Below are positions 13,469 through 25,027 of a DNA stretch of 64,000 nucleotides, piece by piece. Position numbers and translations under genes: made by a program. How positions within the stretch are numbered: the stretch's first letter is position 1; every line of letters begins with the position of its first letter. The notes under the pieces were generated by a model. That model made no database searches, was not told the origin of the DNA, and saw only the letters and a list, made by a program, of their open reading frames with translations. The stretch is from assembly GCF_006345805.1 (NCBI RefSeq), contig NC_042999.1, forward strand, positions 47,368,001 to 47,432,000, read 5' to 3'. This DNA comes from Octopus sinensis (Eukaryota).

Positions 13469-15125
13469 GTTACTTTAGATTAATTTGTTTTTAGTTTAGA
13501 GTACCATATATATATATATTTAGTTATATAGTTTAGGCTTTAATTATAGTTAATATTTAATTGGTATTTCTTTGTTTGTATTTACTTAATATTTTATTGA
13601 GTGTGGGAATGAATATTAGTGTATATATCGAGTTTTGTACGTATGTATATGTATGTGTGAGTGTGTATATGGTTATGTTTGTGGGTGTGTGTATATATGT
13701 GTGTGTATTTGTGTGTATTGTGTATGAAAGGGGTTTTATCTTTATCTTTATATTTGTATGTATGGATTTCATTTATCATGATTAGTTTAATAAGAATTTT
13801 GTATGTAGGTATGGGTGTGTATGTATGTGTGCGTGTGTACAAGTGTATGTATAGATGCGGGAGTGTATGAATGCTATGTAATTGAGTGTGATTATTTATG
13901 CACTTGTATACATGCAAGTTTTGAATGTGCGTGTGATTGCACCCATCTGCGTGTACACACTCATTTATATATATATTAATATCTATATGAGTCTTCGTTT
14001 ATTATGGTTGTTTTATTAAAGAATTTGTAGAAAGTTTTGTTTATTCCATTCATAATTTTTGAATTTACGTTCGTTTACTACGCGCAAAGAATTTTATATT
14101 CCATTCATAATTTTAATGACGCTCGTTTACGTAGCGCAAATAATTTTTATATGTTCGGTTCCATGGTAACGTAATTTTGTTTATTGTAATAACGGATAGA
14201 GTTTAAATTCACTTCATAATTTGATACTGATTAGAAGGTATGTCTATTTTTTTCTCCTTATGTTAATCTTGTTACTTATGATAATCTGATTACTTATGGA
14301 GTATTTTATATATCGTATTATGTGTAGAAATGTTGTTTTTCTTTTGTATGTTTATGTATGTGTGAATGTGTGTGCGTGTGCGTATTTGTTTGTATCGAGT
14401 TTTGTATGTATGTATATGTATGTGTGAGTGTGTATATGGTCATGTTTGTGGGTGTGTGTATATATGTGTGTGTATTTGTGTGTATTGTGTTAGGGGTTGT
14501 ATCGTTATATTTATACTTGTATGTATGGATTTCATTTCCATTCATAATTTTTTTAAAACGTTTGATATCCACGTGCAAAGAATTGTTCGGTTTTCTTTTG
14601 AGCGTTTATGTATGTGTGAATGTGTGTGTGGGTGTGTGTGATTGTTTGCGTAATTTATTTATCTGTTTGGGTGCGGGTGTTTATATATTGGTATATATCG
14701 TGTTCTGTATGTATGTGTATGTATATGTATGTGTGAGCGGGTATATGTATATTGTTTATGAATGAGTGTTGTATGTGTGTGTGAGGAAGTATGAATAAGT
14801 AATGTGTTGAGTGTATGAGCATGTGTGTGTATATATAGTTTATTTTTTGTTTTTTGTTTTTTGTTTTTTGTTTTTTGTTTTTTGTTTTTTGCTTGTTGTT
14901 TTTTGGTTTTTGTACATCTTTAAATATGAGAACTTTAATAATAGGTTTTTTTATATTCAATTGTTTATAGGGTTTATTTTAGATTATTTTAGATTATGTA
15001 TTGATTATATATAGATTATATATAGATTATATATAGATTATATATTTTTATTTTTATATTCTTTCATTGATAATTTTATTATTTTAAATTATATTTTAAA
15101 ATATTGATATTTTTAGATCGAAAAT

Positions 15126-15169
15126 CCACCTGAAGAATGTCAGTAGAAGACAGGAAACAATTGTAGTGG
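15126..15169 (+). ncRNA. Minimal type I hammerhead ribozyme
   Basis: CCAC-CTGAAGA-ATGTC AGTAGAA GACAG-GAAA-CAATTG-TA-GTGG. Stem I CCAC/GTGG, canonical core, stem II TGTC/GACA, palindromic stem III, GUA cleavage triplet. Confidence 0.8.
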
Positions 15170-15258
15170 CGGTTTATTTAATTCATATTAAAATTTTATG
15201 TATTGATTAAGTCTTTCCTTGTTTGATTTTAAAATAGTGGTTTTGTCTCGAATTATAT

Positions 15259-15331
<73 letters not shown>

Positions 15332-15333
<2 letters not shown>

Positions 15334-15624
15334 TCACCGTAACCGTCCAGGCTATCAGATGTTGCTACACATCACTGGTCACAATGCGCTTCGCATTGTT
15401 TTAGCCTTCAAATGACGCCACCCCGCTGGCTAAGCGAGCTAGCCAACAGAAGAAAGTTGTGGCGGAAAAGTACAGCAGGTATCGCCACTCTCCCCTGCTG
15501 GAGCCACGTGGAGCTTTAGGTGTTTTCGCACAATAAACACTCACAACGTCCGGTCTGGGAATCGAAGCCGCGATCCTACAACCGCGAGTCCACTGCCCTA
15601 ACCACTGGGCCATTGCGCCTCCAC
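15332..15624 (-). mobile_element. tRNA-derived SINE family A
   Basis: Reverse strand reads GGAGGCGCAATGGCCCAGTGGTTAGG...GCTTCGATTCCC (A and B boxes). The body is shared with 10096-10382. Confidence 0.88.
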
Positions 15625-15685
15625 ATATATACAAATATATACATAAATACATATATGTTTATGAAGAGCGTATGTGTATACCTGA

Positions 15686-16698
15686 TCTATACTTAAAAGG
15701 AAGTTTTCCCAGAAATCCTGTCTTTTACCTGTTGTTTCTAGCATGACCAAGATGATATTTGCGCCACCCTCCCACTTCTTTGTTTCTTAAATTTCTTCTC
15801 ATTCCTATATTTTCGATACGGGAGATGAGGATTTCGCCGCCAAATCACGTTCTCCATATTTTAATTTTCTCCTTCCCAACACCAATTTCTTCATGTTTTT
15901 TACTTTTTACCAATTTTTTTCTTGGTAATCCACGGAGAAAAACAGAGAATACGAATATTCAAGAACCTTTACGAAATTTTTTCTTAAAGAAACACTAAAA
16001 TCTCATTCCCAAACATACACCCATCACCTCACCACTTTCAAAAAGCTACAAACTCCCAGTTATTCACTTTTTGCTTTCTGGAAAGCGGGGTAAGTTTCTT
16101 CAGAAATAACGTCGTTTACCTGTTATTTCTAGCATGTCGGGTTTTCTAGTGGCGGCCTGGTAGTTTTAAGTCTGCTATTTCAGTACAAATCTACGCATGC
16201 ATGAAACATCAGACAAAAGTGGAGTTTTAGCTTATGAAAGCGGGTAGGTTTAGCTTAATCGTGGGGTTTAGCTTATGAAAGTGGGTAGGTGATGGATGGG
16301 CGAGGTATAAGAAAGGGAATAAAAATTTAATTTTAAAAGAAATATACATATTTCCCACATGTATATTCTGTGTGTTTCTCTACGTGGATAAAACATCGAA
16401 AAAGGTTACAGATTAAGAAATTGCGGTGTGAACGGGGTAAATCAAAATTTTGAAAACCTGATTTTGGGGCAAAATGGCATTGACCCCCTACATAGAAATA
16501 CAAAAGAAAGCATTCTCATGCAAGCCCATGCAAATGGTATCTTACTCCTTTCAGGTTTAAGCAAACAATAACTTCCATTACGCCAGTAATCCAGTTCATT
16601 ATATATAAGCGGTGTCGATTCTCTCCATAAGAAAGGTAAAGATTATACAATGTGGCTGAGGATCATAACATCCGGACAACGCCGGGTTGCATAGCCAG
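15686..16698 (+). mobile_element. Non-autonomous Helitron-like element
   Basis: 5' junction A|TCTATACTTAAAA. 3' hairpin CCGG-ACAACG-CCGG followed ~10 nt later by CCAG|T (degenerate CTAG). Inserted between A and T with no TSD. Internal direct and inverted repeats. Confidence 0.65.
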
Positions 16699-16749
16699 TG
16701 TGTGTTTGTGTGTGTGTGTATTTATATATATACCTGTGTGTGTGTGTGT

Positions 16750-16865
16750 GTGTTACCGCACTTTAGTCGGCTCGGTAAGATGCACTATCCAAAATGGCAC
16801 TGGTGGGACACAACATGAAGACGTGACTTGAAGCACTTTTGTTATCACCCAGCCACGCGTAGGCC
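16750..16865 (-). mobile_element. Decayed tRNA head of SINE family C
   Basis: CTTTAGTCGGCTCG, GTGGGACAC and CACCCAGCCAC align loosely with CTTTGGTCGGCCCG, GTGGGACTG and CACACAGCCAC of the 44450-44570 copy. Confidence 0.5.
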
Positions 16866-18249
16866 AGTAATTGTATTAAGTCGAATTGCTTTCTGGAAGT
16901 TTATAAACTATGTGCTTATGCAGATATACCTTAGTAGTACATTGACAGAAATATATGTGTGAATGTGCTGGGGAGCATGTGTGGGTAAGATTGCAGACGT
17001 ATGGATTGATGAATGTACATAAAGCTTATATAATATAAACCAGAACTTTGAATGAGAAAGATGTATGGTATTCAATATTTCTACACATCGAGTTTGGTTG
17101 ACTCCGTATTTAATAAAACTAAATCCTGGATAATAGGAATATAAAACCTTCAAGAATATAACTGCATGTTAGAAGTATGTTTTTAAGCTACAGAATATCA
17201 AAATCAGCAGATTAGTTTGGCCAGTAAAAAGAATACGGGCACGATAAAAATAATGTTTCTTAACATAACCTGTGAATAATATATTTGGTACGTTATCAAA
17301 TAACAAGTTATCTTTAATCTATTAAAAAGCACAAAATGCTGTTGTAACCAAAATCTACTGTTTACAGATTTTGAATAAAGTTCAATTGTTTATCATATAG
17401 AATTCGTCATATATTTATACTAAGAAAAAAATGTATATTTTTGCTGGATTTTTTCTGATCTTAGCAAATCCAATTGTTTACATGAAACTGCGAAAAACGT
17501 ACCGAAGTTTTACATGCGTAGAAGCTAACTTAATAGCTTATTGCTGTTGAAGAAGACGACACTATTTGATTCACACAAGGAAAGAAACAACAAGCTATCT
17601 ATTATTTACTTAGAATTGAAGAAGCAGAAAATGCGCTTATTTATCGAAAGAAATAAAGTAAAAAAATAGCCAAATTATTTTCATCCCTGTTTGAAATAAG
17701 ACACACATGCTAACTCGCATTAGTGTGCGTGTACTTGGGCGCGCATGTCACTATGTATGTATGTATGTATGTATGTATGTATGTATGTATGTATGTATGT
17801 ATGTAGGTGTGTATGTATGTATGTGTATAAAATGTGCGTTTTATGTTTGTGTGAGCGTATTTAAGTGCGCATGCTGTGTGTTTGTACGTGTGTACCTACG
17901 GATGAGTGTATGTTTACGTAGGTATGAAATCCCATTACCATTCCCTGAAAAACATGCCGGCAGATTTTAATTTTTCAGACTTTCATGGCTTGTGTGTAAC
18001 AACATACTGTAATATCACGAAGAATGACATTTGCAACCAATATTTTCTATTAGAATTATCATTCAAATTTAATACGCATGCGTACCTAATCTTCCAAACG
18101 CATCATCATCGTCAATACCGACGTTCCCATCAACATTATCGTCGTCTTGATTTACTGCAAGAATTTAGCCTGGGATAGAGGGACATTGCCTTTGATTTTT
18201 CAGGAAGTTGCATGCTGACTAGAATGATAACTTTGAAGTGCCACTTGTA

Positions 18250-19884
18250 CACAGGCAGGTAAATACAAATCGAAAAGGTGTTGGTAGAGACGACCACCAG
18301 CACTTGGAGACTGTCCACAATGCTGCTGGTTTCGATCCCGTTTTCAGAGACTGGCACGCTGCATTATACAGCAGCATCTGTTCAGTGGTCAAAGTAAATG
18401 GCCACCTCTCGGAATCGTTTAGTATCGCATGTTTCCTCCAACAAGGCTGCCCAATCTTACCCCTTCTCTAATTACTGCGGAAGCTGGATCTTTCGATGGA
18501 CATCCAACATGAACTGGGATGCGGAAGGTACGTGTCAGCGTATACGATCAACGTCAACGTGATATTATCGGACATCTGAAAATCGAGATCATCGGCATTA
18601 CCCTAAGGGAATACAAAGCAGTGATTGGAGCAATGTTCAACCAGGAGAAGTCAGTAGACCTGCAGCTCGACACCTGGAGAGGTAAGCACATGCCAATCGA
18701 CAGCGTGGTGGGGTGTTGGTCGGAAAGACATGTTAAGTCGCTAGGGGTCTGGTTCGGTCAGGATTTCCAAATGGAGAAGAACTGGGGCGAGGTGACAGAC
18801 AGGATGTCCAGTCTCACCCAGAAATGGGCCGAAAGGAATCTGTTCCTGAAAAGTCGGGTGAATGTTGGGAATGCGTGCATTGCATCCATCATATACTATT
18901 GCCTTACTGTCGTCCCTTGCCCCGTTTCGTGTCTGTACGGGTTGGTGCGTTTGCTCTTCCGCTTTGTTTGGAAAGGACAAGTACCGCTTGTCAGATGATC
19001 CTCTGCTCTCAGCACCTGTTGCGTGGGTAACTGGTTATGCCGTGGCTGAGGATACGCAGACATGGGCTGAAGCTGTGACATCTCCAGTGATACCTTGGTG
19101 AGTAGGTGAGGCTGCCGTTTGTTGAAAGCTCTTTTGCGCAGCTCATCTCCTTGCCGGAGCTACAAAGCTGCATCAGACGTAGACCGAAGCGCTGTCTGTT
19201 TTACATAAGCTCTACAAGCACACATATGCAGTCAATCGGGCTTGTCCGAGATGCAAGTGGAGCGACGAAAACGTTCTGCATACTCTCGTTGAGTGTCTGC
19301 GCATTGCTGACTTGTGGAGCTTTGTCGAACAGATATTGACACGTGTAGGAAGGATCCAGCAATCGTCCAAGTGAAGATTGCCCCGCCTACTTCCTTTAGC
19401 CGGGAAGGGATGTCAATTTTTCTATGCCTGGTGGTTATGGCAAAAATATGTTGTGGGGTTCACACAGTTTAAAGGGTTGAAGACAGGAACCTTACTCTTT
19501 GGTCAAGGGCTCATTGACTTTTTCAAGTTCTACTTGAGAAAGGTAAGTAAGGCTGGAGAGGGAGGTAAGTCACCCAGTAATTTCGTAGCAAAGTGGGTAA
19601 ATATGACAAGAACGGCCCGCGTGGAGGGGCCTGCTTTACGTAGGCCAGGTGGAAGGGAGGAGAGATGGTGCCTTCCTCAGGAGCAGTTGGTGTTTAGGGG
19701 TCCAAAATGCGTGAGGTTTCTTTCGGCAACTTACAATTTGAACAACCCCTGTTAGGGAAGCAACTTCTGATTTAATCTCTTTGTTAATCGTTGTGTTTGT
19801 TGGCTGTTTACACGTTAACCTCACTGTCCCTCGTCTGTATACCGTCCTATATGTTTGGTGTTCGGCTCTAGAGGTTAATAAAGA

Positions 19885-19887
<3 letters not shown>
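18250..19887 (+). mobile_element. 5'-truncated, decayed Tx1/L1-clade LINE (RT to 3' end)
   Basis: DH..L..V...GF..VFRDW..LYS, VNGHLSESF, QQGCPILPLL, LGVWFG and EKNW.EV are homologous to the 35.2-40.2 kb element. The tail ends AATAAAGAAAT followed by (AAT)n. Confidence 0.85.
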
Positions 19888-19940
<53 letters not shown>

Positions 19941-19974
19941 TATAAATAATAATAATAATAACAATAATAATGAT

Positions 19975-20525
19975 GAATGCTCTGATGAAGTACCAGGCAG
20001 TGGCTCTCGTGGTTTCTGATCTTAACTGATTGGAAGTAGTTATCATGTACATTGTTTTGTCTTGGTATAAAAGATGGGCTGTAGCAAATATTCTGCTCAA
20101 TACTACAGATTTGCTTGTCAGTTGTTTGACCTTAAGCAGTTGACCATGTCCCTTAGTGTCTGACGATATGTGCATCTCTGATCACAAGCAGACGTAGTGG
20201 AGGGAGCATCATAGCCGTGTGTTGAAAGGAATTCTTAGAGATTTGAATAATTCACCTTTCGAAACAGGAGTGGTTCGTTCATCATCCTTAAACAACCCTT
20301 ATTCAGCGGGATGGGTTACTCGACCAGAAGAAAATTCTAACCGGGCCCCACCTGCAAGGTCATGTGCTGTTTATCTTGATATGAGATCACCATGTTGCGC
20401 ACACATGGTTGTGATGCATGTACCTGGTGTACTCTTATCAGACAGGTAGTCATGATGAGTATACTGGGTTTCATATATTTTACCCCATTGTCACTTTGAT
20501 GGCATGCACTGCTCTCTCATTTAAT
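19975..20525 (+). mobile_element. ~550-bp non-coding retroposon (family D) embedded in (AAT)n
   Basis: Matches 59716-60135 and 59581-59677 on the same strand, and 41889-42307 and 42394-42813 inverted. Ends CTCTC(A/T)C/T(AAT)n. Confidence 0.85.
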
Positions 20526-20555
20526 AATAATCATAATAATAATAATAATATTAAC

Positions 20556-20601
<46 letters not shown>

Positions 20602-20699
20602 TTAATAATAATAGTTGTTATTGTTGTTGGTGTTCTTCTTCTTCTTCTTCTCCTTTTTTTCTTCTTCATCTTTCTATTTCAGGTTTTGCAACTTCCGAA

Positions 20700-20955
20700 G
20701 TCTTGCATGCTCAGCATGCTTGCTGCCGGGAGTTTACACTAGAATGATATTTGTTCTTTTCAACTAATACTTTCTTAATTATTCTAGCCGTGTCAATGTG
20801 TCAAACCTTTTGTAACAGTTCTAGTAGGCACTGTATTCCGATCTCTTTTATATTCCTCTTGGTGCTTTCTGGTACTGTCTGCAAGAAACCAACAATAATT
20901 GGCACTACCTGCACCTTCGTCATTCTCCATAAGCGGAGTATTTCGTATATAAGAT
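20700..20955 (-). mobile_element. 3' fragment of R4/Dong-type RLE LINE
   Basis: YEILRLWRMTKVQVVPIIVG...IGIQCLLELLQKV is the C-terminal end of a restriction-like endonuclease ORF. Bordered by trinucleotide repeats. Confidence 0.75.
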
Positions 20956-21049
20956 GATTGTATGTGATATTATTATTATTGTTGTTGTTGTTGTTGATGT
21001 TGTTATCATCATCATAATTATCATCTTCATCATTACAAGTATTATTATT

Positions 21050-22610
21050 ATTCAATGTGTGCAAGAAGATTTTTACATTCGGAATCAATGTAATAGCAGG
21101 CCACATCCAGTTTCCTTAGATATCGAGGATCTCACAATCCTTGTCTTTTCCCCCAATGATGCACAATTTTTCCCCCTTGTTCAGACTGATTATATTTGGT
21201 CGCCTTGCATGAAGTTCGTAACCAGTCTGTATTTAAAAATGATTTCCCATTTTGTCTTAAACTGGACGTTCACTGTGTTGGTACAATTTTCTTCATACTT
21301 CAATTCCTATTTGCCGTAGTATGTCCTAGTGTAGTACCTTTCCTACACAGTCTTGTATGCGTGTATATTCGTTCTCTACCAAAGACCTACAGGAACTTAG
21401 TGGGTTCCTCTTTCTCATTACGTACTCTGCAATTTGTACTTTTCACGGATGTGTTTATTCTATTCTTGATATGCATTGATATTCGTTGATATTCACGATC
21501 CTTCCTTTCCTCGCGTTGATATTCGTTGATATTCGTATTCCTTCCATTTCTTGCTTATTATCTCCAATCTTCAACCATTAGAAAGATTCCTCTGCTGCGA
21601 CGTCCTGCGTTTGTCTGAGATAGAGGCTGAGTAGTGCATTTCCCCAGACGTTTCTTTGTCGCTCCTGCTACTTTTTTTCCCTTCTCCACAGCTTATTTCT
21701 CCTCTTCTCTGACAGCTGTTATCTATCTTTCTGAGATGCTCCTCACGTACTCTTCTGTATCACGTTTTACTTTCTCTACACAGAATTATATTGTCCCCGT
21801 CCCTTTATGGTAGGTATAACCTGCATGTGTACTCTTTCTGAGCCAGACTTTCACAAGCAGGTGTGTCACGCTTTCGACCCTCTTCCCACATGTCCTGCAG
21901 TGTTTCGTTGTACTTGTGTGTTATATATCTCTCTTCACTGAGTTGGTATTGAATGTCTGATCCTGGACAGCGATAGTTAGGCTTTCGGTATGCTTCTTTG
22001 GGCCACCCTTGCTGAGCCATTTTCATGATGCTTCTTGGGCGTTTAAGTTCTTAGTTTCAGAGTGGAACTGACCAAGTAACTCCACGTGGAGTAGGGTTTC
22101 TTCTCTCTCGTTGGCTGCTCGTGATTGAAATTCATGATCAATCTTGAGTCCATTTTTGGTAAATCCTTCTACACTAGCAGTATACAGTAACAGGCTCTGT
22201 TTGCTATTTACCAAATGTTTTGCCATATTTCTTCCTTCACTGTTGATGCACTCCCGTATGCCAATCAGCCCACATTAACTTTTACTCCTATTAATGTGTA
22301 CATTTACCTGAGGGTTGAAGGCATCAAGTATAGTCATTGTCTTTCTAGTAGAGCGGTCGAGATATTTAATCTCCGCTTGTTCCCATTTCAGGATAGGTGC
22401 ATTATAAGAGACTACAGAAACAACCCATATGTTGATGGTAGTCAAATTTTCTTGAGTTGAATTTTGACTTCAAGAGATTTTTGAGTTGCAAGATATTTTC
22501 CAGCTCCGGGATTCCATGTAACTTGAACCCTTCTTCATCTGGGTCTTCCATCCTCTCTCTGTTTGGCAATTCTATGCCCCTACAATCTGCTCTTTGTTAT
22601 TTTTACTAAT
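21050..22610 (-). mobile_element. Decayed R4/Dong-type LINE fragment (post-RT region and CCHC knuckle)
   Basis: Frameshifted CRTCGKR..H...CESLAQKEYTCR zinc-knuckle context near 21820-21905, homologous to the 59.0-59.2 kb fragment. Confidence 0.55.
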
Positions 22611-22654
22611 TGTGATCTTGTTATTGTCTTTTATTATTATCATATTATCATACT

Positions 22655-22950
22655 CTTTCTCTTTTACTTATTTCAGTCATTTGACTGTGGCCATGCAGGA
22701 GCAACGCATTTTAGTAGAGCAAATCGTCCCCAGGACTCATTCTTTGTAAGCCTAGTCCTTATTCTATTGGTCTCTTTTGCCGAACCGCTAAGTTAGGGCG
22801 ACGTAAACGCACCAGCATCGTCTGTCAAGCGATTTGGGGAGGGGGTGGAGCAAAGACATACGCACAAACATACACACATACATATATACACATATACGAC
22901 ATGCTGTTGTTGGTAAGCAAGCTACGTACCACACAGCCACTCCTACGCCT
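22655..22950 (-). mobile_element. SINE family C with internal deletion
   Basis: Matches the 29891-30347 and 44138-44570 copies but lacks the segment between TACGAC and GTTGGTAAGC. Confidence 0.85.
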
Positions 22951-22999
22951 ATTATTATTATCATCATTATCATTGCTATTATTATTATTATTATTATTA

Positions 23000-23204
23000 C
23001 TTTTTTTTTTCTTCTTTCAAATTTGCTTCCATTTCTTGCCGAGTGTCTTCCCGACTCCTAGGGCAAAGAAACTCATAGTGTATATTGGTAGGCCATTAAA
23101 CCAAACTCAGTATTTCGTTCATTTTTAAAATTTTTTTTTTAAGTTAAATTAAAATACATGAGCAGCAACAGTTCTCACATCGACAATGCTCTTCTCAATA
23201 CGTG
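23000..23204 (-). mobile_element. Extreme 3' end of an R4/Dong-type LINE (second family)
   Basis: Near-identical inverted copy of 58453-58650. Encodes HVLRRALSM* plus 3' UTR. (ATT)n on both sides. Confidence 0.8.
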
Positions 23205-23220
23205 TTTATTATTATTATTA

Positions 23221-23269
<49 letters not shown>

Positions 23270-23312
23270 CATTAAAAAAATAACATTTCACGTAAACGGT
23301 TCTTGAAAATAG

Positions 23313-24219
23313 ATAGACAATAAGAAAAGCGTGATGCGAATTGTAATAGATTGTTTATTTAACGGTGTGAATGATATTTCGACAGATCGTTTGTCTTCAA
23401 GTTCAAAATGTAAAATGAAAGCAACTCCAGAAATAAGTTTTCAATTTTGTAACTGTTAATAAGGAATAAGAAAGAAAAATGAGGGAAGAAAGAAGAAAAG
23501 GGTAAAGAGAAAAGAAAATGCAAAGAAAAAGAAATTGCAAAGAAAAAATAAAAAAAATATTTAGTCGAACGGTTTTGTTACTCTATTCCTTCCTACAAAT
23601 ACATTTGCCCTTATGAACGTTGAGAATTGTGTAGTAGATTCAGAATAATTTCTCAGAATGTGCAGTTTCGGGTATCCTCAAAATTGCGCCCGCTATATGT
23701 AAATAACTAGAGTATTGGTTCATGACAATTCTGGGGTTTGAATGTCATCAGTAACTGCCGACATAACCTCCGAACATTTTACATCAAGCGGCTCCAATTT
23801 TGAGAAACACCTGGAAGTGAACATTCTCAGAAAATATTCTGAATCAACCACACTTTTAGTCCTCAAAATGCAGGAAGACAAATATATTTGTGAATTACTA
23901 ACGTCATCTCCTGGAGGAATTAATAAAGTGACAGGTAAGTTTCATCAGGTTTACAATAAACGGTTCAACTAAATATCCTTTTCATCTTTCTTCCGTTTTC
24001 CTTTTTCTTTTTTTCTTTAACCAAAATCGTAAACTGATGATGTCATGCCATCAAAATGTGAACATAGGGTTTCCTCGTTTATATTTTGAATTCCTGTGTT
24101 CCTTTTTTCATTTTCATTTTACATTTTGAACTTGAAGACAGACGATCTGTCCAAATATCGTTCAAACCATTAAATAGGCAATCAATTACGAATCGCATCG
24201 CGCTCCTCTTATTGTCTAT
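23313..24219. repeat. ~900-bp imperfect palindrome (fold-back or MITE-like element)
   Basis: Paired arms: 23313-23420 with 24110-24219, the purine tract with the pyrimidine tract, 23557-23580 with 23950-23976, and 23628-23686 with 23794-23853. Centre near 23733. Confidence 0.8.
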
Positions 24220-24232
24220 GATTATTATTATT

Positions 24233-24962
24233 ATTCTATGTTTGACTTTTGCTTTATGTCTGTACAAGTTGGCTCCAAGTCTCACCCAGAGACCTCAAGA
24301 GACAACAGGTTGGAAGTTCTGTGCCATATATTTGGTTTTTTTTTGGTGTTGTACTAGTGAATGTCTAATACATAAAAATAAAATTAAAAAATAAATAAAT
24401 AAATAAAATAAAATAAAATAAAATAAATAAATAAATAAATAAATTTTAAAAAAGTTTGTTTTAAACCTTGGGATTACATAGAGAGTATTTTGCGTAGGAT
24501 ATGAGCAGTTCCCATGAACACTATCTTTTGAATTTCTGCTATTTTGGGGTTTCCTGGTATCTGAGTTAGGTAGCAATTAGTTCCTTTCGCTATCATTCCC
24601 AGGGTACCTATGACAACAGGTATTGTTTTAGTCTTCAGCTTCCACATTTTGCTGATTTCTATTTCAAGATCTTTATATTTGCTCAGGTTTTGGTAGGTCT
24701 TGACAGATACGTTTATATCGATTGGGACAGTCATATCAATGAGGAGGCATGTTCTTTGTCTGAAGTCTTTCAATATGATGTCTGGCCTATTTGCATCTAT
24801 TTTCCTGTCAGTTTGAATGGTGAAGTTCCAGAGGAGTGAGATGTGGTCATTTTCAAGCACTGGAGGTGGATTGTGTTCCCACCAGTTTTTTTCATGGGGC
24901 AAATCCAGGTTTTTTCAAATTACCCAGTGAATATATTGTGCGGCAAATCCAGGTTTTTGTAA
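24233..24962 (-). mobile_element. 5'-truncated R4/Dong-type LINE: RLE domain plus 3' UTR, in (AAT)n
   Basis: ORF 24474-24902 reads WNFTIQTDRKIDANRPDIIL...LLIDMTVP...KYKDL...IPVVIGTLG...GTAHILRKILSM*, a PD-(D/E)xK restriction-like endonuclease. Same family as 60146-60591. Confidence 0.92.

Positions 24963-25027
<65 letters not shown>

Larger units (their letters stand above)
12395..15255 (+). mobile_element. 5'-truncated Penelope-like element (GIY-YIG endonuclease ORF, repetitive 3' region, pseudo-LTR with hammerhead) within (TA)n
   Basis: GIY-YIG ORF at 12602-13468. Internal TG-rich direct repeats (~13590-13780, ~14340-14545, ~14660-14760). Hammerhead motif at 15126-15169. (TA)n on both sides. 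Confidence 0.8.
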
